DNA from: an uncultured virus (IMG/VR IMGVR_UViG_3300021560_000001) | Lineage: Duplodnaviria > Heunggongvirae > Uroviricota > Caudoviricetes | DNA: 64,000 nt | Strand: one strand, 5' to 3' | Virus record (IMG/VR): IMGVR_UViG_3300021560_000001 | The notes under the pieces: model-generated | Told to the model about the DNA's origin: nothing | The model's input: the letters and a program-made list of their open reading frames with translations, nothing else | Database searches by the model: none | In this document: one piece after another, positions 29,574 to 38,540 of the stretch | How the letters are laid out: each line of letters opens with the position of its first letter | Numbering within the stretch: the first letter of the stretch is position 1 | Translations under genes and position numbers: made by a program

Positions 29574-30692
29574 ATGACGGTCGTCTTTCTCACCAGCGCG
29601 TCGACTTCGCCATGGTCGCGTCCTGGCGACTGGCAAGACTCCGGTTCGCAGGTTGAGCTTGTCGGTTGCGGTGGGCAGGGCGCTCTCCCGGTGGCCCCGT
29701 TAGGCACTGCCGGAGCGCCGGGATCAGGCGGCGGGGCGGGCGGTTATTACAGCTTGACTGCACCAGTCGGTGCGCTTGGATCGACCACGCCGTTCGCCGT
29801 TGCTGCGAGCAATTCGACCGCCTCGAATCAGAATGCGAGCGCGACGTATTGGGAAAACACCACCAACACCAATAGCTATCAAGCGCAGTGCGGCAATCCT
29901 GGCACCAATACTACCAGTGCGAGCGCGGGCGGTGCGGGCGTCACCAACGGCACGCCATCGCCGGTCACCTACACTGTCGTGTCGAATGCTGGTGGCAACA
30001 GCGGCACGACGACGCAATCGACCGGCCGCAGCGGATCGGGCGGTGGTGGGGCTGGCGGCCCCACCGGAGCAGGCAAGGCAGGCGGCAATGGTGGTAGCGG
30101 CGGCACGAGCGGAGGCGGCGGTGGCGGCGGCTCGAACGGCGGATCGAGCACGGCCGGAGCGAATTCGTCGGCTGCTGCCGGCGGTGTGGGCGGGAACGGC
30201 ACGGGCGGCACAGGCGGCGGTGCTGTTGGCACTCCTGGCACAACCGGATCGTCCGGCGGGGGCGGTGGCGGCGGCACGGCTAGTTCCACCGCGAGCCTGA
30301 ACAAGAACGGCGGTGCCGGCGGCACCCTCGGCAACGTCACCAACTGGACGCAAACGTCCAACAGCGCGACGGCGGGGGCCGGTGGTGGCGGCGGCGGCGG
30401 CGGCGTATCCACGGCTGCGACGGGCACGGCCAGCACTAATGGCGGCGCTGGTGGCAATTACGGCGGCGGCGGCGGTGGTGACTCGGAAAATACAGTCGCG
30501 ACCGGTGCTGCTTATGTAAACGCATCGGGCGGCGGTGGCCTCATCGTCATTACCTATACGGCGGTCAGCGGTCCGACTGCCTGGCAAGGATCGGCAACGC
30601 TCGCGTTGGTTGGATCACTGACGCCTAACGAGGCCATCTACAAGTCCTTCATCATGCTGCGCAGGCGGACGTTTATATGCCTCGATACGTAA
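29574..30692 (+). CDS. Glycine-rich (polyglycine-II-type) virion protein
   Basis: VELVGCGG...GGGAGGY...GGGGLIVITY flanking long Gly tracts. Confidence 0.75.
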   Translation: MTVVFLTSASTSPWSRPGDWQDSGSQVELVGCGGQGALPVAPLGTAGAPGSGGGAGGYYSLTAPVGALGSTTPFAVAASNSTASNQNASATYWENTTNTNSYQAQCGNPGTNTTSASAGGAGVTNGTPSPVTYTVVSNAGGNSGTTTQSTGRSGSGGGGAGGPTGAGKAGGNGGSGGTSGGGGGGGSNGGSSTAGANSSAAAGGVGGNGTGGTGGGAVGTPGTTGSSGGGGGGGTASSTASLNKNGGAGGTLGNVTNWTQTSNSATAGAGGGGGGGGVSTAATGTASTNGGAGGNYGGGGGGDSENTVATGAAYVNASGGGGLIVITYTAVSGPTAWQGSATLALVGSLTPNEAIYKSFIMLRRRTFICLDT

Positions 30693-31336
30693 TCAGCCGT
30701 GCGTCTTTCATTTATCGCGCGCCGCGCCGCAAGGGGCGGATCGAGTTCGTGCCAGTGCAATGGCAAGGTGCGAGCATACTCGCCGGGGCAAGCGGATTTT
30801 TCGTCAACGAGCGAATTCTACTTGCTGCACAAACCGCATTTGCGGCAGCGGGTAGCTTTGCCACCGACAGCTCGATCGTTGGCCATACCACCTGGCAAGG
30901 ACAAGGTGCTTTCGGTGGGACCGCAACGCTGGCGGCAGCGGTCGCGCGCTACAACGCGGCGGGCACGGTATTCTCGCAACCGCTGACGGGGCAGAGCAGC
31001 AACTGGCAGGGGCAAACGCTGCGGCAATTGTTTGCTCCATCGCTCTTGGCTAGCGTCGATCCAGGAGCGATCGGAGTGCAGTTTCAGTTCGCGCCAGGCA
31101 CCAACGGCTCGATCGACGCCGCTTGGATTGGCCATGCTGCCGCGAGTGGTGATCCCTACGATTTTGACGGTGGCCAAGTGCAGCTCAAGTTCGGCGGCTC
31201 AAACTCGCAGGCCGTGGTCGGAGCTCAGAACGTATCCAGCGACAACATCTCGTTCCCGCTCGACGTAACGCGAACGCTCATCGTGGCGGCATCGTTCTCA
31301 GGCACGCAGGTCAACTTGATGGGTTACGGAGGCTAA
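30677..31336 (+). CDS. Repeat-containing virion protein ending in an apparently truncated beta-sandwich domain
   Basis: WQG repeats then NWQGQTLRQ...AWIGHAAASGDPYDFD...SD...FPLD...GYGG*. Confidence 0.6.
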   Translation: MPRYVISRASFIYRAPRRKGRIEFVPVQWQGASILAGASGFFVNERILLAAQTAFAAAGSFATDSSIVGHTTWQGQGAFGGTATLAAAVARYNAAGTVFSQPLTGQSSNWQGQTLRQLFAPSLLASVDPGAIGVQFQFAPGTNGSIDAAWIGHAAASGDPYDFDGGQVQLKFGGSNSQAVVGAQNVSSDNISFPLDVTRTLIVAASFSGTQVNLMGYGG

Positions 31337-31348
31337 GGGAGGTCTGCC

Positions 31349-34300
31349 ATCACTCAGGTCTTCCTCACTTCCGCTTCCACTTCGCCCTGGTCGCGCCCTG
31401 TAGATTGGCACGATACTGGCTCGCAGGTGGAGCTGGTTGGCTGCGGAGGCAACAGTACCACTCCTAGCGTTAACAATGACAAAGGCGGTGGCGGCGGTGG
31501 CGGTGGATATTACAAATTAACTTCGCCCGTTGGCGCATTGGGCGCGACGACCAATTTTGCAATCAGCAGCAACAATTCCAGCGCCAACCAGGACACCGCT
31601 GCCACTTATTGGGAAGGCACAACCAATTCTAATAGTTATCAAGCGCAATGCGGTGGACTAGGTGCATTAGCCGTCGCAGGCGGTGGAGGCGGTAGCGGCG
31701 GCACAGGGACAATCAATGGTTCGCCTTCTCCGGTAACTTACACCACTTCATCTGCTGCGGGAGGGTCAGGCGGCACCGCTTCTGCTACTGCTGCCATTGA
31801 TGGCGGCGGGGGCGGTGGCGGCGCGGGCGGCCCTTCTGGGACCGGCGGTGGCGGCGGCAACAATGCTGGCAGCAGCAACGGTGGCGGCGGCGGTGGTGGC
31901 GGCGGCAACAACGGCTCGACCGGCAGCAACGCTACAGGTAATACTGGTGGCTCAGGAGGAAATGGCGCTGGTGGCGCTGGCACCGGCGGTACAGCTGGCA
32001 ACCCTGGCAGCGCTGGTACGAGTGGTGGCGGCGGCGGTGGTGGTAGCGGAACTGCCAGCTCAGGCTTCAACACTTCAGGCGGTGCAGGCGGCGAGGATAC
32101 CGCTTTCGACAGCTCCCACGGCAATGGCGGCGGCGGCGGCGGTGCAGGCGGTGTTGGTGGCTCCAACGGCACGCTCAACGGCGGCAACGGCAGCGATTAC
32201 GGAGGCGGCGGCGGCGGTACCGGGGCGGCTTCGATCTCGCCGACCAGTCACACCGCAGGCACGGGCGGTGGCGGTCTCATCGTCATCACCTACTCGCCAG
32301 CGACAACGTGGCAAGGTTCGGCGGCGTTTGCCGGTGCTGGCGGCATGGTCACGCCGCTGCTGCGCAAAGTATTGTATGGCCCGACTTATGGCGGCGCCGG
32401 TAATGCGCGCTGGACCTCGGTCAATGTTTTTAGCCAGCGCATGGATACCGACGGCGGGTTCGGTGGTGTAGCGAGCGCGCGCTGGACTTCGGTCGACTCG
32501 ATTGATCAGCTGCTCACAACGATTGCCGCGTTTGCCGGTGCGGGCAATGCGCGATGGACGAGCGCCGACCAGCTCGACCAATTCTTGCAGGCAATAGTCG
32601 TTCTTGCCGGCGCCAGCAGTGTCTCGGCCAGCGTTCGTCAAGTTTGGCAGATACCGCCCACTGCGTTTGCCGGTGCGGGCAATGCTTCGGTCAGCGCCGC
32701 ACAGATCATTCGGTTGACTGCGTCCGCGCAAGCAGCCGTTGCCGCTTTTGCAGTTAGCGAGAGTCAGCGACAAGCGGCAATCGCGTCCTTCGCCGGCACC
32801 GGAATGCTGGCCGGTGACGCGATGAGGGCCGGAGCTTTGCGCTCTGATCCGGGGGCGAGCTATTACGCCAAGGCCGGGGCCGACGCCGCCACCACCGATG
32901 CGAGTGGCTATACCGCCACCGCCGATCGGTTGGTTGGCATTTCACTCATTAATGTCGTCGCTGGCGCTGGCGTCCTTTGGCAAGGCTCGGCGGCGCTGGC
33001 CGGTTCCGGTACAGCGGCAGCTGACACCAAGACGATCTTAGCGGCCGTTGGCGCTTTTGCCGGGGCGAGCACCATCGCGCTGGCGGATCTGCAGAAGGTT
33101 CTTGATGGTGTTGCCTATGCGGGTGCCTCGACCCTGTCGTCGAGCCCGGCGCAGCAGATGGTCTTTGCCGCCAGCGCCTCAGCCAGCGGCGGCCTGATTG
33201 CACCGAATCTGCTCAAGGTAATCGGCTCGGCGACCTTCGCGGGCAGCGGCGCATCCGCGAGCACCGCATCTCAACTCGTCGAGACCGTGACCACGGGTTT
33301 GGCCGGAGCTGGCGGCTTCGCCGCACTCAGTCCGGCAAAGGTTCTCGACGCGCTTGCCTTCAACGGTGCCGGTGCGGTCGCGGCTACCACGACTCAAATC
33401 GAAGTTGCGAGCAGCGGACTTGTCGCGGCGGGCGGCCTGGTAACGCCCAACTTTGTGAAGCTCCTCGGCGCGCTCACGCTTCCCGGTGCCGGCACCCTCT
33501 CGAGCAACGTCGCGAATTTGTTGCAAGGCAGCGTGGCGCTAGCGGGCGCAGGCTCGTGCGCGGCCGATGCGACGATCTCCACCGCAGTTACCCTCTGGTC
33601 GGGGGCGGCGTCGCTTACCGGGAGCTCCGCCCTAGCAGCATCACCATTCGCTCTCAATGTCAGCACAAGTTCGCTGGCCGGAACTGCCGCACTGGCAGCG
33701 CAATTCGCTCTCAACGCCAGTACAGCCTCCACTCTGGCTAGCGTCGCGGCTGCGGTCCTGCCGACCACTCAGCGTTTGGCAACGGTCGCGGTCGTCGGCG
33801 GCGCGGGCGGGTTGACCGCGACAGCAGCTCCCGCTCGCGCTGCCACTTCTGCTCTGACGGGCATCTCAGCGCTTACCTTCGCGCTCACCGAGCAGCTTGC
33901 GGCTACATCGACGTTGAGCAGCGCTGGCGCGTTGACCGTCGATATTGCTATCGCCCGCGGCATTTCCGGCTCGGCGGTACTGTCGGCTGCTGCGGCGTTT
34001 GCTTCTGTTGCAACGCAGCAACATGCGGCGCTGACCGCATTGGCTGGTACTTCGGCCCTAACCGTTCCGGCGAACCAGCAGCTCGGGACAACGCTCGGTT
34101 TGGCTGCTTCCGCGGCCCTCGCGGCGGCGGCTGTCGATAGAATGGCTACCGCCGGCGTAGCGGCGGCTCAAGGTGCGCTTTCCGGCGTGACCCTAGGCAC
34201 CCTAGCCGCCGGGGCGAATTTTGCAGCTACGGGGCTCCTGGCGGGCAGCGCAGTCCAGTTTACCCCGGGGATACAGCCGGGAAGCGCGCTTCTGGCCGGG

Positions 34301-35689
34301 GCCGGAATTTCGGCCGCACAGACAACGCAACGCATGGCCGCTGCCTCGCCTTTGGCCGGGAGTGCTGTGGCAGCGGGCAGCATCGCTCAACGCATGGTCT
34401 CTACGATCCCGCTGTTAGCGGCTGGCCAGTTCGTTCCTGCTGTCCCGATATCAGCTCTAGCTGGGGGCGGCATCCTGGCCGGCACGGGCTCGCAGGCGAT
34501 CGCCGATCTGGTCAAGGTGTTGACCGCGACCGCGCTGGCCGGAGCTGGCGTTCAGATCGTTGCATTCCGGCTGACGGCGAATGTTTCCGCGACCTTGGCA
34601 GGCAGCGGTAACTTCGCTTTCGCCGCTCGCTTGGCGTTGCCTGCTGGTTCGCAGCTTACGGGCTTGGCCACCGCGTCAGCAGCGTCCGTTCAAAATCTGG
34701 TTGCTGCCGCGGCGGTGGCGGGATCGGGGGCGTCGACTGCTACGGCAGTGCAGCGAATCGCGGTGACGTCGGTCCTGTCCGGCGCGGCCAGCTTCTCCGC
34801 CGCTACGACAGCGCCGGCCAGTAATCTGATCAGCGCGAGCTTTGCGGGCAGCGCCGCCATCGCCGTTGTTTCACGTGAAACATTAGCGGCGACAGTTGCG
34901 CTCTCCGCTACCGGTAACTTGTTGGCGTCGGTCGGAGCCAGCATCCCGGCCAGCGCGAGCTTGCTTGCCTCCGGCAATATCGCGGCAAAAGCCATGCTCG
35001 CCATGCCGGCGACAACGATCTTCGCTGCAACGAGCACTGCTGCCGTCAATACCACCGAGCGGATGCAGGCAATTCTCGTCGCGACGGGCGTCGGCAGCGT
35101 GGGAGCCATAGCGGCGAATCGTCAGCAACTATCGTCGCAATTCCTGGCTGCCGGCGCTTTCTCCGTCCTCACATACACAGCCGAGCCGAATGCCATTTTC
35201 TTCTTCGCCTCGGCGACCATGTCCGCCAAGGCAAGCGCGCTGCTGCGTCCGACAACTGCCCTCTCAGCCTCGGGCGCAGCAGCAGTCGATACGCAGCGCC
35301 TGCTCGCTGCGCGCTCGAGTATGCCGGGGCTAGGCCAGTTCGCAGTAGGCCAGCTGCAACTCGCCGAGAGCGTCAAGCCATCCGTGCAACGGGCGGCCGG
35401 CGCCATTCGCTTCGTCGCTGCCGAGATGATGCTGGGCGTCGGCGCATGGGCTGGTGCGGGCGGGCTGCGCGTCGACATCGTACGGCACGGCGTTGCCATC
35501 GAGCCGATCGGTATCATCGGGCGTCGCGGTGGTCATGTCGATATGACCGGCAAGCGCAGCCCTGCTGTATTGATCGGTCGCAGCAGCAATGGTGCGGTGC
35601 TGACCGGGGGTAGATCCAGCACCGGATTGATCGGCCGTGGAGGATCGCGCGTCAATGTTACCGCCAGAGGCGGCATCAAGACTTTCTGA
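31349..35689 (+). CDS. Very large Gly-rich plus Ala/Gly-repeat fibre-like protein; probable ATC start
   Basis: Frame open from 31337; ITQVFLTSASTSPWSRP aligns with the N-terminus of the 29574 paralog; GGAGGT 5 nt before ATC. Confidence 0.7.
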   Translation: MTQVFLTSASTSPWSRPVDWHDTGSQVELVGCGGNSTTPSVNNDKGGGGGGGGYYKLTSPVGALGATTNFAISSNNSSANQDTAATYWEGTTNSNSYQAQCGGLGALAVAGGGGGSGGTGTINGSPSPVTYTTSSAAGGSGGTASATAAIDGGGGGGGAGGPSGTGGGGGNNAGSSNGGGGGGGGGNNGSTGSNATGNTGGSGGNGAGGAGTGGTAGNPGSAGTSGGGGGGGSGTASSGFNTSGGAGGEDTAFDSSHGNGGGGGGAGGVGGSNGTLNGGNGSDYGGGGGGTGAASISPTSHTAGTGGGGLIVITYSPATTWQGSAAFAGAGGMVTPLLRKVLYGPTYGGAGNARWTSVNVFSQRMDTDGGFGGVASARWTSVDSIDQLLTTIAAFAGAGNARWTSADQLDQFLQAIVVLAGASSVSASVRQVWQIPPTAFAGAGNASVSAAQIIRLTASAQAAVAAFAVSESQRQAAIASFAGTGMLAGDAMRAGALRSDPGASYYAKAGADAATTDASGYTATADRLVGISLINVVAGAGVLWQGSAALAGSGTAAADTKTILAAVGAFAGASTIALADLQKVLDGVAYAGASTLSSSPAQQMVFAASASASGGLIAPNLLKVIGSATFAGSGASASTASQLVETVTTGLAGAGGFAALSPAKVLDALAFNGAGAVAATTTQIEVASSGLVAAGGLVTPNFVKLLGALTLPGAGTLSSNVANLLQGSVALAGAGSCAADATISTAVTLWSGAASLTGSSALAASPFALNVSTSSLAGTAALAAQFALNASTASTLASVAAAVLPTTQRLATVAVVGGAGGLTATAAPARAATSALTGISALTFALTEQLAATSTLSSAGALTVDIAIARGISGSAVLSAAAAFASVATQQHAALTALAGTSALTVPANQQLGTTLGLAASAALAAAAVDRMATAGVAAAQGALSGVTLGTLAAGANFAATGLLAGSAVQFTPGIQPGSALLAGAGISAAQTTQRMAAASPLAGSAVAAGSIAQRMVSTIPLLAAGQFVPAVPISALAGGGILAGTGSQAIADLVKVLTATALAGAGVQIVAFRLTANVSATLAGSGNFAFAARLALPAGSQLTGLATASAASVQNLVAAAAVAGSGASTATAVQRIAVTSVLSGAASFSAATTAPASNLISASFAGSAAIAVVSRETLAATVALSATGNLLASVGASIPASASLLASGNIAAKAMLAMPATTIFAATSTAAVNTTERMQAILVATGVGSVGAIAANRQQLSSQFLAAGAFSVLTYTAEPNAIFFFASATMSAKASALLRPTTALSASGAAAVDTQRLLAARSSMPGLGQFAVGQLQLAESVKPSVQRAAGAIRFVAAEMMLGVGAWAGAGGLRVDIVRHGVAIEPIGIIGRRGGHVDMTGKRSPAVLIGRSSNGAVLTGGRSSTGLIGRGGSRVNVTARGGIKTF

Positions 35690-35728
35690 ATTCGAGCGCA
35701 GGCCGCGTCCTGACGGCTTCGCTTGAGC

Positions 35729-35776
35729 GCCGGCCCGACCTTGTCCTTCCACCTCACACGCAAGGTCCGGGCCGGC
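35729..35776. promoter_or_regulatory. Long intergenic hairpin
   Basis: GCCGGCCC-GACCTTG / CAAGGTC-C-GGGCCGGC with 17-nt loop. Confidence 0.45.
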
Positions 35777-35801
35777 ACCTTCATTATAGGGAGATTCGCG
35801 C

Positions 35802-36158
35802 TTGCCGCTCACTATGCACGATGACATCGAAATGCGCGCGGGCGATGCCTGGGAAATTGACGGCACACTGCTCGACGAGGGCGGCGCTGCGCTCGACCTG
35901 ACCAATGCGTCGTTCAATTGGATGATCCGCGACGTTGATGGGAATCCGCTGATCAGCGTAGTCCAGGCGGCGCAGATTGCCGTCATTGATGCGTCACAAG
36001 GTACAGTGCGAATCGTGCTAGACCATATTACCACCGGGACGCTCGCACCCGGCCGCTACACCGATGCGATCCAAGTCATCATCGGCGGAGAGGCTGATAC
36101 AGAGTGGACCGGGCAGATCCTTGTCGCCTGCAACCACTTCGCGCCGCCGGGAGATTGA
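35802..36158 (+). CDS. Small Ig-like/BppU-N-like virion protein
   Basis: GDAWEI..TL.D..G.ALDLT.A...G.V.I.L....T..L.PG.Y...Q pattern. Confidence 0.6.
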   Translation: MPLTMHDDIEMRAGDAWEIDGTLLDEGGAALDLTNASFNWMIRDVDGNPLISVVQAAQIAVIDASQGTVRIVLDHITTGTLAPGRYTDAIQVIIGGEADTEWTGQILVACNHFAPPGD

Positions 36159-36161
36159 CAT

Positions 36162-36782
36162 ATGGCAAAATATGGAAAGCCCCCCTTCTACCGCACGCAG
36201 TGGCCGGTCTATGCCAAGCAATGGGACGATATGCAGGTGAAGGCGACGGCCCGGGAGGAGCTTGATGGTTTTTTGCACCGCGCGCTCGCCGGCAAGGATC
36301 GTTACCTGCACTTGCAGCGACGCACTGCCTATGAGAACCACAATGACGGTGTGCCCTGGTGGGTGAGCGCCATCATTGCTGAGCGCGAGAGCGGGCAGAA
36401 CTGGTCGCGCTCGCTGGCACAAGGTGACCGCTGGGACCGTACCAGCCACAATGTTCCGAGAGGTCGCGGGCCGTTCAGCAGTTGGGAAGATGCCGCGATC
36501 GATGCGCTTCAGCTCGATGGGCTATCGAGCTTGCCGCCGCCCGGGCTTAGCGTGCTCGAGCGAGCGCTGTATCTGTGGGAGCGCTACAACGGCTGGGGAT
36601 ATTATTTTCACAATATTCCATCGCCTTACGTCTGGGGCGCGACTTCTGTTCAAACGCGGGGCAAGTATACGACCGATGGCAAGTTTGACGCGCGGGCGTG
36701 GGATACGCAGCTCGGTTGTGCCGCCATGCTGCGCGCATTGATAGATGCCGATCCAACTGTTCGACCGATCCGGGAGAGCTAA
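36162..36782 (+). CDS. Lysozyme-family endolysin (COG5526-like)
   Basis: GVPWW...I.ERES...L.QGD...VPRGRGPF.SWE.AAIDAL...ERYNGWGY...PSPYVW...QLGCA. Confidence 0.85.
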   Translation: MAKYGKPPFYRTQWPVYAKQWDDMQVKATAREELDGFLHRALAGKDRYLHLQRRTAYENHNDGVPWWVSAIIAERESGQNWSRSLAQGDRWDRTSHNVPRGRGPFSSWEDAAIDALQLDGLSSLPPPGLSVLERALYLWERYNGWGYYFHNIPSPYVWGATSVQTRGKYTTDGKFDARAWDTQLGCAAMLRALIDADPTVRPIRES

Positions 36783-36783
36783 G

Positions 36784-37575
36784 ATGGTGTATCAATTCAA
36801 GCTGCGCAGCAAGCGTGTCTGCCTCGGCAAAAAGCCCGCCCGAGAGAACGCCATTAAATTCAAGCTGGAGAGCTATCTCGACCTGCAGCGTATCCAGCCG
36901 CCGACTGTATTCGGCCACATCACCAATCGCGCCGAAGCGGAATGGATGATGCTTGGCAACGATATCGCTGGTTGTTGCGTGGTGGCCGGGGCAATGCACG
37001 AGACGATGGATTGGACGCGCGCGACAGGGCGTCCGGTTGCGCGCTTCAGCCAGGCTTTGGCGTTCAAAGAGTACGAGCAAGCGAGCGGCTGGAATGGCGT
37101 GCCCAACGATGCCAGCGACACCGGTCTCGACATGCAGCTATATGCCTCGCGACGACAGAAGGTCGGCATCGTCGACACGGCTGGCGCACTGCATAAAGTC
37201 AAGTCGTATGCCGCGGTCGACAGCGTGACCAATCTGATCAAGGCGGCCTGGGTGTTCGGTGCATGCGGGCTCGGCATTCGTTTTCCGGAGTCGGCAGCCG
37301 CGCAGTTCGATAAAGGACAGCCGTGGACAGTCGACGAGAAGAGCGACGTTGTCGGCGGCCATTACGTTCCGGTCGTTGGCCGCAATTCGCATGGCAACAT
37401 CGTCTGCGTGACGTGGGGAAGGCTGCAGGCAATAACACCAGCCTTCCTGATGCGCTACATGGACGAGGCCGTGGCTTACGTTAGCATCGATTACTTGCAC
37501 CCCGATCGCGGCCTCACGCCGGAGCTCATCAATGAGGCACAGCTCGATGCCGATCTGAGGACACTGGCCGCATGA
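36784..37575 (+). CDS. Papain/C1-like cysteine peptidase
   Basis: MLGNDIAGCCVVA...D.G...GGHYV.VVG...VTWG. Confidence 0.65.
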   Translation: MVYQFKLRSKRVCLGKKPARENAIKFKLESYLDLQRIQPPTVFGHITNRAEAEWMMLGNDIAGCCVVAGAMHETMDWTRATGRPVARFSQALAFKEYEQASGWNGVPNDASDTGLDMQLYASRRQKVGIVDTAGALHKVKSYAAVDSVTNLIKAAWVFGACGLGIRFPESAAAQFDKGQPWTVDEKSDVVGGHYVPVVGRNSHGNIVCVTWGRLQAITPAFLMRYMDEAVAYVSIDYLHPDRGLTPELINEAQLDADLRTLAA

Positions 37576-38150
37576 CAAAACTCCCCATCTACATTTGCGG
37601 TTTCAGCGGCGATGGCGGTCAACTCTGGTCGGGCGGCTTCGAGAATTGGCTGCGCCGGCTAGACCTCGAAGATTGGGCCGATATTGACCTATACCAGGAC
37701 AGCGGGCGCAATTGGCGCGCGCCGCTGATCAAGACGCTAGCCTTGCCTTCGACGCAGCCAATCGCGGGTGTTGGCTACAGCCTCGGCGCCTGGGGTGCGG
37801 CCTGGTGGGCGTATTACCTGCGGCAGCAAGCGCCGCAGCGCAAGATCGCGCTCATCGCCGGTATCGATCCGGCCGGTCGCGTCGCCGGCCTTCTCGGCGG
37901 GCTCCCGAATCCGAAAGACTGGACTATCGGCCGCAATGTCGCGAAGTGCTTCTGCGTCGACGTGCCGATGACTTCGCCGGTGAGTTGGTTATTCGGCGGC
38001 GGCAAGTACGTGGCCGCACCTGACGGGCCGCAGATCCAATTTCTGACGCGGGCGATCTCGGACCATATCTGGATACAGGCCGACGCTGGTATTCAGGCGA
38101 CCATCACATCGATGTTGAAAGCGGCCTATGACGCTCAACTAAGCCAATAA
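37572..38150 (+). CDS. Alpha/beta hydrolase (esterase/lipase-like)
   Basis: GYSLG nucleophile elbow; GIDP; late His (SDH). Confidence 0.65.
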   Translation: MTKLPIYICGFSGDGGQLWSGGFENWLRRLDLEDWADIDLYQDSGRNWRAPLIKTLALPSTQPIAGVGYSLGAWGAAWWAYYLRQQAPQRKIALIAGIDPAGRVAGLLGGLPNPKDWTIGRNVAKCFCVDVPMTSPVSWLFGGGKYVAAPDGPQIQFLTRAISDHIWIQADAGIQATITSMLKAAYDAQLSQ

Positions 38151-38163
38151 TGGAGGACCAAAT

Positions 38164-38538
38164 ATGTTGCGCAGAACTTTCTTGGGCGCCGTCGCCGGTT
38201 GGGCGATCGCCGGCTGCACTCAGCAGCAAGCGGACACCACTGTCCAGGGCATCCTTGATCAGATTAGGTCGGCTTGTAACTTCACGACGAGTGCGCAGGC
38301 CGTCATTGCAGTCATCACCACCATCCTCTCCGGTTTTAACGCCAGCGCCGGGGCGAGCGCGGTGGTGATTGCCTCGGTTGCCAAGCAGGTCGAGGATCTG
38401 GTCTGCGCCGCGGTGCAGAAACAAGTCGCGCAGCTGAAGGCGGAGAAGAAGTTCGGCGCCGAGGCCGCTGGCGACAAACCGGAGATCACCATCGTTGTCA
38501 ATGGCGTCAACGTGCCCGGGACATACACAGGGAGCTAA
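38164..38538 (+). CDS. Lipoprotein with twin-arginine-like signal
   Basis: MLRRTFLGAVAGWAIAG-C; GGAGG RBS. Confidence 0.65.
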   Translation: MLRRTFLGAVAGWAIAGCTQQQADTTVQGILDQIRSACNFTTSAQAVIAVITTILSGFNASAGASAVVIASVAKQVEDLVCAAVQKQVAQLKAEKKFGAEAAGDKPEITIVVNGVNVPGTYTGS

Positions 38539-38540
38539 CC

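Noticed and set aside
29969..32187. Pro-rich minus-strand ORFs (29969-30457, 31738-32187)
   Set aside because: Antisense shadows of GGC-rich Gly codons
29574..32300. PE-PGRS (mycobacterial) assignment
   Set aside because: No PE domain; the similarity is compositional and the context is a phage structural operon
31334..32842. Self-splicing intron or intein explanation for the inserted block
   Set aside because: The block is fully protein-coding Gly/Ala sequence with no recognisable group I/II core, and it begins with a stop codon, which excludes an intein
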